From NCBI RefSeq assembly GCF_009914755.1, contig NC_060935.1: DNA of 64,000 bases. One strand, given 5' to 3'. Within the stretch, counting starts at the first letter, position 1. Every line of letters starts with the position of its first letter. The notes beneath the pieces were generated by a model. That model made no database searches and was not told the DNA's origin. It saw only the letters and a list, made by a program, of their open reading frames with translations. Source of the DNA: the human T2T-CHM13v2.0 reference genome, Homo sapiens. The position numbers and the translations under genes were made by a program. This document shows positions 14,081 to 27,355 of this stretch, piece after piece.

Positions 14081-14673
14081 CAAAGCGAGGTGCAGCTTCG
14101 GTGCCAGGCATACTTCATGTGCTGCGACACAGCACCTCCTAGTCATTATCTCTGCTGCTGTCTTAGAAGATAACTCCTGAGGGTGATAATGTGGCATCAA
14201 GCTCCTCTTGCAAGTGATTCCATGACAAAACTCTCAGATCATGCCCTGTCCACCACCCCTTCCCTGCCTGGAACCTAGAGGTAGATCAAACATCACCTCT
14301 TAGTAGCCACCTGTGACTCGTAGCCCCAACAGCTGCCTCTCTGACCAGGAAGCCTTTGCATAGAGAACCGGGAAGGGAGAGAGTGTAGGCTTTCCAAGAG
14401 AAGGGACTTGTGTTTTCCCTGGTTCCTCTGTTGTATCCAAGTAAAGCTAGTTCTCTAGCTACTGCACGTGATAATTTATTTGATCCTGTTTTTGCCCACA
14501 GGATCTCCCAACCACTCCTTACTGTACCCTCTACCTTCTAACCCTGTTCTGCGGTAACCTCCTTGAAGAAACGTCACCTAGTGGAACCTCCTGGTGTCAC
14601 TCTTGCGAGCACCCTCATGTACATCAGCATGGTTGCTCTGGGCAACTCCCAGTGGAGATGAAGCAAGTGGATA

Positions 14674-15085
14674 ATCCCCAGTGGGGTTCGAGAGTATCAC
14701 ATGTTTTTCCAAAAAGCTCCCATTAAAATAAATATATTACCTGGCAGGGAGAGGAGAATCGCAGCATTCAGCTGGCAGACTGGCAAGGAATATTCCATCA
14801 GATTGAATAGAAGTCACTGGTCTAGGAAGGGAAGCTTCAGGGAAGAGAGTTTTTTGTTGTTGTTGTTTTTTGTTTTTTTTTTTTTTGAGATGGAGCCTTA
14901 CTCTGTCACCCAGGCTGGAGTGCACTGGCACGATCCCGGCTCACTTCAACCTCTGCCTCCTGGGTTCAAGCCATTGAAGAGAGTATTTTTTAATGAGGGC
15001 AAGATGAGGGATGGAGGAGAAGGATGGAGAGGGATGAGAGGGAAATGGGAAACTAAAGGGTGCCACTCTCTGAAAGGGGCTATGC
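14674..15085 (+). repeat. Local duplication, copy 1 (contains a 5'-truncated antisense Alu at about 14851-14975)
   Basis: Colinear with 16535-16938. Confidence 0.93.
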
Positions 15086-16079
15086 AAGAAGAATGATATT
15101 TTGCATGAGATACGGAGGAGAATGAATCTTGAGATTTTTAAAGTGAGATTAACATGGATTCAAATTGTGGCTCAGCCATCATCTGTGTGACCCCCTTGGG
15201 GGCCCATCTCAGGAGGTTTATTTTCCTCATGGGTACAGGAGGTCATTAGGATCTCATGAGATTATTTGTGTAAAGGTCACACCTTAGAAGGCCCATGCAT
15301 ACATCACGTTTGCTTAAGATTGACCAGTTTTCCTGCCACAGGAAGGAAAAACAACAGCCACAGCAAAGGCCAGGAGAAATCATAGTGTGCATTTGTGTAG
15401 TTGTTATACCTCTCAGAGCACTTTCCTATAGGTCATTACGATTGCCCAAGTTCTAACAAGCTCAAGAGGTAGAGAGTCTCCAGCAGCGCCCCTGCTTGTA
15501 GAAAGCGGCATTAAGATCCCATTCAGCTTGGTGGTGAACTAGAGCAGAACTTTCGGGTCTTCTCAGCCCTGAACCTGGTCTGGTTCTCAAACGCTTTTTG
15601 ATAACCCATGCCCTACCTTTAACCCTGGCATGTTTAGTGCAGTTAATTAGTTGGGCAGAGCATAACGTATGCACTTTTGAGAGACATTGATTGTGTGTGG
15701 TTAATTGGGAACTTGTCTGAGTGTGTGGTGTCTGTCTGCTGTGCACTGTGAAAGGCAGAGTCTGCCGCCTTTGCAGGAAATAGGCAGTTGACACTGCTGT
15801 TTTCCTGCTGTGCCAAGCCAGCCAGAAGGAACTTTGCCAGGTTCTTAAGGGCTTCTGGGCCCAGCTTTGCTGATAAAGATACAGTAACCTGAAGTGCTTT
15901 GATGAGGCTGTGTGCAGATTAATTCAGGTTCAAGACTAAGTTGGCATGAACTGAGCTTTGAGTGATGGGTACAAAAAAGAGTACCAGGTACTCACAAGGC
16001 AGGGACAAAAAAGCAAAGTGTGTCCCAGTAAGGGAGCAACATCACTGACTACCACTCTTTTAGTACAATGAACACACCG

Positions 16080-16290
16080 TCTATGGAACAATTACTATGT
16101 GTCAGGCACCGTGCTGGGTGTTTTTCTTATATGATCTCTTTGAATCGTCACAGCAACCCTATAAGAAACCATTTATGTCACTCGGAATTGCAGATGAGGA
16201 AGCAAAAGCTCTCTTAGCAAGGTTGAATAACTCGTCTAAGGTATGTAATAGAAAATACGGAGACATCATTTGAATCTCAGGATTTCTATC
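16080..16290 (-). mobile_element. MIR
   Basis: TACTATGTGTCAGGCAC...TCACAGCAACCCTATAAG...GCAGATGAGGAAGC. Confidence 0.75.
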
Positions 16291-16534
16291 TTCAGATCAT
16301 TTGCTTCTTACACCTGCACTACATTGTCTGTCACCAAACTGATCTGACAAATGACCCAGATCACAATATGGATTGGCAAGAGGGGGAAATATCTTATGGT
16401 GCGGGTATTTTGTTGGACAGGGTTGGCCTATCTCCACAAAAAAGGCCAGGTCAGTTCTACTGCACCAAGACAGGATTGCAAGGGCTGGGGTCACACTGTG
16501 CCCTCCTTTTTAAATCCCTGGAAAAATTCACAAG

Positions 16535-16938
16535 ATCCCCAGTGGGGTTTGAGAGTATCACATGTTTTTCTAAAAAGCCCCCATTAAAATAATTACATTA
16601 TCTGGGTGGAGAGAGGAGAATGGCAGCACTTCAGCTGGCAGGCTGGCAGCCTGGCAAAGAATATTCCACCAGATTAAGTAGAAGTCCTGGTCTAGGAAGG
16701 GAAGCTTCAAGAAAGAGAGTATTTTATTTTTATTTATTTATTTATTTTTGAGACGGAGTCTTACTCTCTCACCCAGGCTGGAGTGCATTGGCACGATCCC
16801 GGCTCACAGCAACCTCTGCCTCCCAGGTTCAAGCGATTGAAGAGAGTATTTTTTGATGAGGGATGGAGGAGAAGGATGGAAAGGGATGAGAGGGAAATGG
16901 AAAACTAAAGGGTGGCACTCTTTGAAAGGGGGCTATGC
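16535..16938 (+). repeat. Local duplication, copy 2 (truncated Alu at about 16721-16838)
   Basis: Colinear with 14674-15085. Confidence 0.93.
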
Positions 16939-17029
16939 TAGATTACTTTGTCCGGGGTCCTCAAAGGAGCGGGCTGAGCGTTGGGACGGGGTCCTGGTAA
17001 AGAAGGAGGTTGCGCCCAGGATAATCATA

Positions 17030-17255
17030 TTATTATGAGTTACCAGTTGCTGAGCACTTATCATGAACCAGGCATTATGCTAAGTGCTGCCTATGTCTCA
17101 CATAATCCTCATCATAACATCATGAAGTGGGAACAGTTATATCCGTTTATCTATGCAAAAACTGAGACTTAGTTTGAGTAACCTGCCTGGAGTCTGTCCG
17201 GAAATGCTGCCGCTGTGATTCAAACCCAATTTAAAGCTAAGCCTCTCAACCTCGA
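17030..17255 (-). mobile_element. MIR
   Basis: TGAGCACTTA...CATAATCCTCATCATAAC...AAACTGAGACTTAG. Confidence 0.75.
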
Positions 17256-18146
17256 TGCTCTGCTACCCACCATTCTAGGCAACCAATAAATGTGGCTGAA
17301 TTGATTTGGAGATTAATTATCACCACCACCACGCTTTCCCTAATAATAATAGGGCCTTGTGAATGTGTGGGCTCCCAGTCACCAGAATGGCTCACTTAGA
17401 GCCTGAGAGATCACACCCTGGGGGAGGTTGGACAAAACCATCTCAGCAGCCCAACCAGATCTATCAGATCTTTTGATCCAGTCAACTTTCAGGGTAAACA
17501 GGGTCATTTCAGACCATCTGGAGAAGCATAATGGCAATTCTTAGAAAATCTTTGGTAGCTCTCTGAACTCTAAGAAGCACTTCTTAAGCAAACCTCTAAG
17601 CTGTCCCTACCATCTTATGGCCTTTTTCTCTGAGACCAAGTCGAAAGGAGCTGGGAGCCAGGCCGGTGCATTCCTCCCCAGGCCCTTTCTTCACCATTCA
17701 CTTCTGAGCACTCTATGCTCACCGTTCCATAAAGAAGTCTCTCTCTTCCTGGTTGATCTTGCCTCAGCTCAGTCTTTCCCTCAATATTAAGCTGAAAACA
17801 GGGAAATTCAATCAAAGTGAAGGCTTCCTTTACCCCAGCAGGTCCTACAAGCATTTAATAAGTTGCGTGGAGATGTAAAAATAGATCATGAAGCGGTTGA
17901 TAAGAATAACATTTCTTGCCAAGAGAGCCCTTATGCAGGAGGACTAGCAAAAAAAAAAAAAAAAAAAAAAAGCGAGAGAGAGAAGCTCAGGAGCATTGAC
18001 AGTACAAGAAATAAGATTTGCTTTTGGAGAAAAGAGAACAGAGAAGTTTTGAGATGAGAACATGCTGGATACCAACAGAAAAAACAGTGAGTTCTGAAAG
18101 TGGGGAGGGGGATTGCAGGCGTAGAAGTAGCAACAGAGTTCCATCA

Positions 18147-18471
18147 GGCCAGGAGATGAATGCCTGTAATCCCAGCACTCTGGGAGGCCAAGGGGAGGAT
18201 CCCTGGAGCCCAGGAGTTTGAGACTGGCCTGAGCAACATGCAAGACCCAGTCTCTACAATAAAAAATTTTTAAAATTAGCTAGAATCACTCCTTGACTCC
18301 CCAGCTCCTTGGGAGGCTGAGGTAGGAGAATCCCTTGAAGCCCGGGAAGTCACTGCAGTGAGCTATGATCAGGCTGCTTCACTCCAGCCTGTGTGACAGA
18401 GTGAGACCCTATCTCAAAAAAAAAACAAACAAAAAAAAAACAAACAAAAAAAAACAACCAAACAAACAGAA
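18147..18471 (+). mobile_element. AluJ-like
   Basis: Diverged dimer with an A/C-rich tail. Confidence 0.9.
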
Positions 18472-19373
18472 ACCTCTATCTCATGGCAGCCTTGGAAATA
18501 ATTACAGTGCATAGAAAAATCAATCGGCAAGCTTTTACTGAGCACTGGAACACAATGGCAATGTGAAACCAAAAGACCAGGCCCCTTTGCAAGGAGAGTG
18601 CAGAGTACTGGGGAGATAAAAATAGCACACTTGAAACAATTAGAGAGCAATTAATGCCAACTGTCTGGTTCTGACTCAAGTACAACGGGACTCCAGAGAG
18701 TGGAGGAAGCCTGGCGAGCTGGAATAATCTGCCAGGCAGGGGTAGGAAAAACTCACAGGGACCCCAAGGTCTTGGGTGTCACATGCTTTGAGGAAAAGAG
18801 TCTCTTCCTATGGAATGCTCTGCTTGCGTAATACACACAACTCAAACTAACCACAGTCTTGCCCTTCCAGAAGTTTCCAATTAAAAAGCAGAACATAGCG
18901 CTTGACCTACGACAGCTTTGCTAAATAAATGGATGAAAGAACAAGTGATTGGAGTCCTAGGACTTCTTAGGGATAACTGAGGAAGCAAGGGAGTGGGAAT
19001 GGCATGGTTGTAGAAATATTCCTTGGTCTACTGGCTCCTTTCTGAGGGCAGGGACTTTGTCTTTCTTCCATATTTATTAAGCCCTCACCATACAAAAAAA
19101 TATTGTGCTGGCCCTGAAAATGAGAGGTCTGGAGATGGAACAGACATAGTCTATGAGCTTCCAAATGTCTCATACAAGAGCTTCCTTTGAAACCTGGAGC
19201 TTAATTCTGTACATCATGCCTTAGATGACTGAATATCCTTTCCCTAAATACACATCTACTAAGTCAATCATAAATTCTGTAAATAGTTTGCACCTACTAT
19301 GTGCTAGATAATGTGATAGGTGGTCAAGATAAGCATGAAAAACAGTGTTTTCTTCTAAAAAGAGCTTATTGTT

Positions 19374-19678
19374 GGCTGGGTGCAGTGGCTCACACATGTA
19401 ATCCCAGCACTTTGGGAGGCCGAGGCAGGAGGATCACCTAAGGTCAGGAGTTCGAGACTAGCCTGGTCAACAGGGTGAAACCCTATCTCTACTAAAAATA
19501 CAAAAATTAGCTGGGCATGGTGGCTGGCACCTGTAATCCCAACTACTGGGGAGGCCGAGGCAGGTTCGAGAATCGCTTGAACCCAGGAGGTGGAGGTTGC
19601 AGTGAGCCGAGATCCCGCCATTGCACTCCAGCTGGGGCGACAAGAGCAAAACTCTCTCTCAAAAATAAATAAATAAAA
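19374..19678 (+). mobile_element. AluS-like
   Basis: TSD AAAAGAGCTTA(T/C)TGT. Confidence 0.95.
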
Positions 19679-20606
19679 TCAAAAGAGCTTACTGTCAAGT
19701 GGTAGAGAAATAGTCATATATTTAGTGCAGTATATACTTGTTCTCATGGCATGTCGTGCAATGTGTGGGCAGAGCTCAAGAAAAAGATCACCTAAGCTGT
19801 CCAGAGGAGTGAAGGCCGAGCCCACAGAGGAAGAAGCATTTGAGTGGATTCTGTCAGGGGCAAGGTGTGGTAAGTGGGAATAACATGTAGGCAGGTGGAC
19901 TGGAATGTGCAAAATCTGGATGCATGAGAGGACTTAGTAACATGTTCTGAGAGCTGGGAATAACTGAGTACTACCAGGGCATAACATTCTGAAGGGGGAG
20001 TAGGAGAAGATGCCATTAGACAGAGCAGCCATTATCTGTCTAACATCAGATTATCTTTCCCCAACTATCTGTCCCTAATTTTGATGGACTGTGGATGCCA
20101 TGCCAATAGAACAGATTGCATCATGATGAAGACTGAGGGGCCATCAAGGAATGCTGAGTGGTGGAATGATGGGATCAGGTTTGTGGATAAAAAAGAACCT
20201 TCTATCAGCTGCATGGAGGAAGGTGGGAGTAGGGTGGAGGCAGCCTGGGGAAGGATAACTGAGGCAGGAGACAGAGGCCAAACAAGATGTCTTTGCAGTG
20301 CTTCACATAGGAGACCATGGGAGCTTTCAGGCACGGGCAGTGGGGAAAGGACAGGAAGAGCCTAGAAAGCTACTTACTTTGATTTCAAAGTCAACAGGGC
20401 TTGGTTGCCAATTGGATGTGGAGCAAGGGAGGGGAGATGAGGATGATTGTGAAGGTGGCAGTGGCAAGGGTCGCAAGCACCACCAAGCAGTACTCTTGTC
20501 TTCATTCTCCCTGGGCTGCCTCTTCCCTAACTCATTCTTTGTCTCCTGCAGGACCTCTGAAACACTACACCAGAGTAAATAAATGCCCTTGCATCCTCCA
20601 GTTCTT

Positions 20607-20842
20607 CCTGGAATCCCGCACCCTCTTCCTGATTTGAATGGAAACTCACTCTTACACAAGGGCATCCTGGAATCCCGCACCCTCTTCCTGATTTGAATGG
20701 AAACTCACTCTTACACAAGGGCATCCTGGAATCCCGCACCCTCTTCCTGATTTGAATGGAAACTCACTCTTACACAAGGGCATCCTGGAATCCCGCACTC
20801 TCTTCCTGATTTGAATGGAAACTCACTCTTACATGAGGGCAC
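20607..20842. repeat. Minisatellite, 4 x 59 bp
   Basis: Unit CCTGGAATCCCGCACCCTCTTCCTGATTTGAATGGAAACTCACTCTTACACAAGGGCAT starts at 20607, 20666, 20725 and 20784. Confidence 0.97.
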
Positions 20843-20849
20843 GGCTTCA

Positions 20850-21950
20850 CCTGCTTTGTCTCTTCTGAGGGATGCTCATTCTCCCATCCCCAGTGCCAGC
20901 CAAAGAAGTAGCCCCGACAAACAACTTTAAAGTTTCCCAGTTCTGCTTCCAAGCCGTACACTGTTCCAGTCCTAATATAAACATTGCTCCTTTGAAACCC
21001 ACATTCTCCTGCCATATTCTTTCTTATAAGTGTCATTTTCCTGGCTCATGGAAGAGTTTAGGGCCTGGCTCCAGGTCCTCCCCTTCACCCCAAGACCTAC
21101 CGTCATCCTGACTTCTGTGTCTATGAGGATGACGTGTCCAACAGTCAAGCTTCAGAGTGACACTCACAGCCATTCTACTTCAGCTACTCACACCTATGGC
21201 CACACCCTGATTTTGTCCTCATCTGAAATGGTTTCATCTCCAGAACCTTTAACTCAATATGCACGCTCTGACCACAGTGTCTTATCCTTCCATGTCTCCA
21301 ACCTCTTTGCTTTTACTGTGCCTATTCCCTAATTTTAATAAGATCTCTGGCCATGTTGCCTCTCCATTTGTAGTCATCTCTCAATCTACTTCTTTCTCAA
21401 TTTCCTTCTCCAATCAGTCTAGAAAACAAAATATATTACTTCATCATTATATTAAAAAAATTTTTTTTAAATATTATTTGCAGAGATGAGGTCTCACTAT
21501 GCTGCCCAGGCTGGTCTCGAACTCCTGGGCTCAAGCGATCCTGCCACCTCAGCTTCTCAAAGTGCTGAGATTACAGGTGTGAGCCACCACGCCGGCCATC
21601 ATTATTGTTTGATTATCTTTGTTTCTCATTCACCCTCATCTTTTGCTCTTCTTCAGCAAAACCCCAATCCCTAGACCAATCCAGCCATCTCCTGCCTTCC
21701 TTTATACCTGGCTCAGGCCCAAATTCTGACGTTCCCTCTCGACTCTTGCTGTTTCCTCTTGACCCCAAACAGTCACCGTGCCCTACCAATTCTCATTCTC
21801 CTTCCCAAATACCTCTCCAGCAGGTTCCCTCCTCTCTATCCCTACTGCCCCTCTCTTAGTTCAGGGTCTCAATAGTTTTCATCTATATTAATTCCACTTA
21901 GTTGATCTAACTACTACAGTTTTGGAACTGAAATTCAAGACTGTTTTCTG
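20850..21950 (+). mobile_element. Degraded L2 (ORF2-region) fragments
   Basis: Pyrimidine-rich L2-like motifs such as GGCCACACCCTGA and CTCTGACCACAGTGTCTTATCCTTCCA. Confidence 0.45.
21455..21597 (-). mobile_element. Alu monomer (FLAM-like)
   Basis: Single left arm. Confidence 0.85.
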
Positions 21951-22037
21951 AACTATACTCTCATCATATCTCGATATCATATCATATGATCTGATCATAT
22001 CACTGTATCCGGAGTGATCTTAAAAATACAAATGTCA

Positions 22038-22341
<304 letters not shown>

Positions 22342-22508
22342 TCACTCTCTTATTAAAATATTTTAATGGCTCTCCAGGCTCTTCAGCATCACATATAAGA
22401 TACATTGTGATTGGACCCCTGTCCACCTCTCCAGCCCCCACACTCCCTATTGTATTCTAAACTTTACCTCCTTTGTTCCTTCATTCTATCCTAAGCTTTA
22501 TTAAACTT

Positions 22509-22901
<393 letters not shown>

Positions 22902-24159
22902 TTACCTCTTCATTTTCTAGCTACTCACTCTTCAAAACACAATTGATGTCCAGCCCAGAATATGGCATCTTAATACATGCTCAGTACATAGGATCTTTAC
23001 AAAAAGGTCCCTGATATTTCTTCTATCTCCTGAGTGTTGTTGCTCCTATGTGATCCTTGAGAATCTCTATTGTTATGCCTTTCCCATTCTGTAAATGTTT
23101 TCTGTTTACTTTTCCATCTTCTACACTAGACTGTGACCTTGAGAGTAGCAACGTTACCTCCTTCACCTTGGCATGCCCAGCACCCAACATAAGGCATGGT
23201 ACACAGCAAGCATTCAATGTGCACTTGCAAATGAATGAAAATGGGCAGAGATCTAAGCCTCCTCTCCTGCGCCAGACCATCTTGTTCTCCCAGCCTATCC
23301 TGAGGGAGGTCCTGGACTGTTGCTCTCTTTTGAGGCCTTCTCAAGTATTAGATGCAACCCCTTCTGTATGCCCTGGAAATGCTGGTGTCTCAGCCAACAA
23401 GTCTGTTTCTAAAGCACTTGTACTAACAAAGCCATCCTGGCCTTTCAGTGCAGTGGGAATGAAGGTTGATGGGTCTTGCTCTTCCCCCGGCAGGTTTCCT
23501 CATCAGGGACCTTGGAGGAAGGTCAGGAAAGATGGGCATGTACTGTGAGCTCTTTGAAGGACCAGACCTAGTGGATTCCTTGAAATACCTCCTTTACTGC
23601 CTACTAAAACGGCCCTGCAGATTCCAAAGGCAGTCTTACTGTAACATGAGTTGGAAGAACCTCACTTTTTGCCTTCATTCTCTCCCTGCTGCATCCTCTA
23701 CACTGTTGTCAGATGTAATACCCTGAAATATTCATGTGATCAGGTTACTTGCCTCCTTACCTCCATACCTTGGCTTCCTTTGCCCCAGCCAACATCCAAC
23801 ATGAATGCTCTTCCCAGACCTTTCCACCAGCTAACCCTACAGAGCCGCACCTGGCTCTCCTCCTCTGTAGAAGGCCCCGGGCTTTTTTTACTCCTTCCCT
23901 GATTCCAGCAGAAAGAATCACTCTTCCTCTGTTCTCTGCCAGAGTTTTGTTCTTGCTACACAAAGAGCCTTTATCATTCAAACATTATACTTAGCCGCTC
24001 ACATGTCTGTCTCCCTGGGATGGATTAATTCCTCGGTGAGGACTGCCGTTGTGCAGCTGCAATATTAGTGGTTGTGGTGGGGGGGTATATTGAACCTTAT
24101 AATTTATGTAATAATAAGATAGATGTTGCAGGGGTTTTATTGCTTTAGGTTATAGAGGA

Positions 24160-24345
24160 AAGACCATTGGCATTGGAGTCAGACAGACAGCAGACCATCC
24201 TTTGCTGTTTGACTTGCGTCTCTCGGCCTGTTTCCTTATCTGTGAAGTGGGAATGATAATAACAACCTCAGAGGGTTGCAATGGGGATTGAATGCAATAA
24301 CAAATGTAAACTCTGCAGTCTGGTATTTGGCATATGGTAAGGTAT
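24160..24345 (+). mobile_element. MIR
   Basis: TTTCCTTATCTGTGAAGTGGGAATGATAATAACAACCTCAGAGGGTTG. Confidence 0.8.
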
Positions 24346-24589
24346 ACCAAAAAACGAGTTAGTTTTGGCCCCCTTTCCAGCTTGTAGCTCTTCAATGTCT
24401 ATACTTGAAAAGCTATTTAATAATATTATTTCATCCAGGATCTACCCTCACCCAACCTTTTCTTCTGATTTTCAAATACTTAGTATGGTTTTGATCACTG
24501 CCCTCCTTGAGACACCCTTCAACCTCTGCACTTCCTTTTCAAAGCATTGTGATCCTTTATAGGTAGAGGCTTTTAAAATGGTAGTAGTA

Positions 24590-24888
24590 GGTTGGGCACG
24601 GTGGTTCACGCCTGTGATCCTAGCACTTTGGGAGGCCAAGGTGGGTGGATCATTTGATGTTAGGAGTTTAAGACCAGCCCAGCCAACATGGTGAAATGCG
24701 GCCTCTACTAACAATACAAAAATAAGCTGGGCGTGGTAGCTCATGCCTATAACCCCAGCTACTCACGCGGCTGAGGCAGGAGAATCACTTGAACCCAGAA
24801 GGCAGAGGCTGCAGTGAGCAGAGATCATCCCACTGCGCTCCAGCCTGGGTAACAGAGCGAGAGTTCATCTCAAAAAAAAAAGAAAAAA
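24590..24888 (+). mobile_element. Alu
   Basis: Full dimer; TSD GTAGTAGTAG. Confidence 0.95.
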
Positions 24889-26489
24889 GTAGTAGTAGTA
24901 GTAATAATAATAATACATTATAATGAGTAACACTTACTGAACACTTACAAAGAGCCAGGCTCAGTGCTACACTGTTGATATGCAGTAGACTTGCTACTTC
25001 TATGACTAAGACATCATCTCCATTTCACGAATGGGGAGGTTGAAACTTAGATTGTTAAGGTAACTTGCTAGTAGCCAGATAGCTAGAAAGTGGTAGAGCC
25101 CAGTGCACAGGCAGAATCCATGACCGGTCTAAAATCCTTGCCCTCAACGGCATCATTCTGACACTCCATGGGGTCTTCCCATGGCCATTTGGCTTGCCAT
25201 AGAGAGGTCAGAGGCAGTACTCAGGGTCCCTCATGGGCTGTGAGTTGGGCTGTCTTTGATGACTTCTTGGTGCGTGTGTTTGGGCATTGTGACATCACAG
25301 AACAAGGGGCAACCCTACTAGCCCCAGACACAATGCACTCTGAGAGGCATTCAGGCCTCCTTCTCCCTCCTTTTTGAAACACAATCACCTATATTCACGC
25401 ACACTCTTGTGTTAGGGCTCGAATGCTAGCAGCAGATGTGTGATCAGGTGATTGGTCTCAGAAATAAAGCAATCTGAATGAGGACAGGACTTCCCAAGAG
25501 CGAGTGACAGTGTCGTTCAGGGACGAGCTGTGCCATGCTGTAGATTTCCGGCGAGGCTTCTTTTGACTGTGGCCAACAATGGAGAACATTCAGTACCCAG
25601 AACCCCTGCCAAATTTCACACTTGGGGTTTAGCCCAGTTTCACAGACGTCCTTCTCCGGGGCCCCACGGACACTCTTGTTTCTTGCTGCTGTCCCCAGCA
25701 CTGCGCTGCAGCAGCCCCTTTGGCTTCTGCTGTCTCTTCTCCATGATCCCTGGCTTGTTTGGAGTTCCTGCCATTCCCCTCCCTCCTCCCCTCCCTCCTT
25801 TCAGCCCCTCAGCCCCTCCAAGCCTTTCCTGTCCCGGGAATTATGTGCCTGGGGTTTGCTCTGTGTGGAGTTTTCTTCCCCAGACCTTGTGTGAGTGCCT
25901 CCAGGTCTTAACTCCGATGTTCCTCCTCCAAGAGGCTTCCCCTGGCCACACCATCTGGGCAGCCCCTCACCCTATCCACAACTACATTACCCTATTTTAT
26001 TTTCTCAGGTACTTCCAGTTTCTAAAATTATTTTCATTTCTTCACTTGCATGTTTGTTGTGCCTCTTGCCCCAGTAGAATGTTAGATCCTAAAGGTATAG
26101 CTCTTTCTTGTCTAGTGCTGTATTACTAGTTCCTAAAACAGTGGCAGGCATGTGGCGGGGGCTCTCTGTCCATACCTGCTAACTAACCAAATGGCTGATG
26201 GAATGACTGACAGGCCAGAGGTCCAGACATGTGGACAAAGAAAGACAGTGATAATGAGAGCTAGCATTTTTTGAGGTAAGGGTTTATAAGCATCATGCTG
26301 AGGGTTTTACATGCACTATCTCATTTAATCAGCCCAAAAGCCTTATTATTATTCCCATTTAGCAAATGAGAAAACTGAAGATTAGAATTCTTTTTTAATA
26401 TGCCCCCTAAAATATAGCTGCCTTAATATCCCGCATGGCGAAGCTGACCAAATCTCAGGACTCTACCATCAAAATCAAATGCGTTTACT

Positions 26490-27215
26490 TTGTTCAAAGA
26501 ATCAGAAACTGCATGAAAATACCCAGTGGCAGGAGACTGAAGAAATACCAGAGTAGGACCATAAGGAGGGTTGCGGTAAATGTGAAGAAACTGAAACCCC
26601 TATGCACAGCTGGGAAATGTAAAATGACTCAGATTCCTTGGTAAGCGGTTTGGGAATTCCTGAAAAAGTTAAACATACCATATGACCCGGCGATTCCATT
26701 CCTAATTATAATAGCCAAGACGGCTGAAACACTTGTACACAAATGTGCATAGCAACATTGTTCATAACAGCCCCAAACTAGAAACAACCCAAATGTCCAT
26801 CAAGTGATGAATGGATAAACAAAGTGTGGTCTATCCACACAATGGAATATTATTCAGCCATAAAAAGAAACAAAGTACTGATTCAAGCTACAACATGCAC
26901 TACCTTAAAAACATTATGCTCAGTGAAAGAAGCCAGAAAACCAGGACAAATATTGTATGGTTCCATTTGTATGAAGTGTCTAGAATAGGCACAAATCTAT
27001 AGTGACAGAAAGTAGAATGATGATTGTCAGGGGCTGAGGGAGGAGAAATGGAGAGTGACTACTCCTGGATATGGGGTTTCTTTTTGGGGTGATGGAAACA
27101 TTCTGGAATTAGATAATGGTATTGGTTGCACAGCCTCAAAAATATGCTAAAAGCCATTGAACTATATACTTTACAATGGTTAAAGTGATGAATTTTATTT
27201 ATGTGAATCATATCT
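26490..27215 (+). mobile_element. L1MB-type 3' end
   Basis: AACCCAAATGTCCATCAA...ATGCTCAGTGAAAGAAGCCAG...GGGGTGATGGAAACATTCTGG. Confidence 0.85.
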
Positions 27216-27355
27216 GAAAGAAAGAAAGAAAAAAGGAAGGAAAAAAGAAGGAAGGAAGGAAGGGAGGAAGGGGGGAAGGGAGGGAGAGGGGAAGGGAGGG
27301 AGGGAGGAAGCAGGGAGGAAGGCGGGGAGAGGGAGGGGAGGGAGGGAGGGGGAGT
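27216..27355. repeat. Polypurine (GAAA/GGAA/GGGA)n tail
   Basis: Seen directly in the sequence. Confidence 0.9.

Noticed and set aside
14674-16938. A-B-A structure considered as an LTR retroelement
   Set aside because: No TG..CA termini, primer-binding site, polypurine tract or TSD; the middle is ordinary MIR-containing DNA.
20607-20842. Regular repeat considered as a CRISPR-like array
   Set aside because: Head-to-tail units with no unique spacers, in primate DNA: a minisatellite.
25530-26129. 199-aa ORF
   Set aside because: It overlaps pyrimidine-rich L2-like sequence, with low-complexity composition and no domain.
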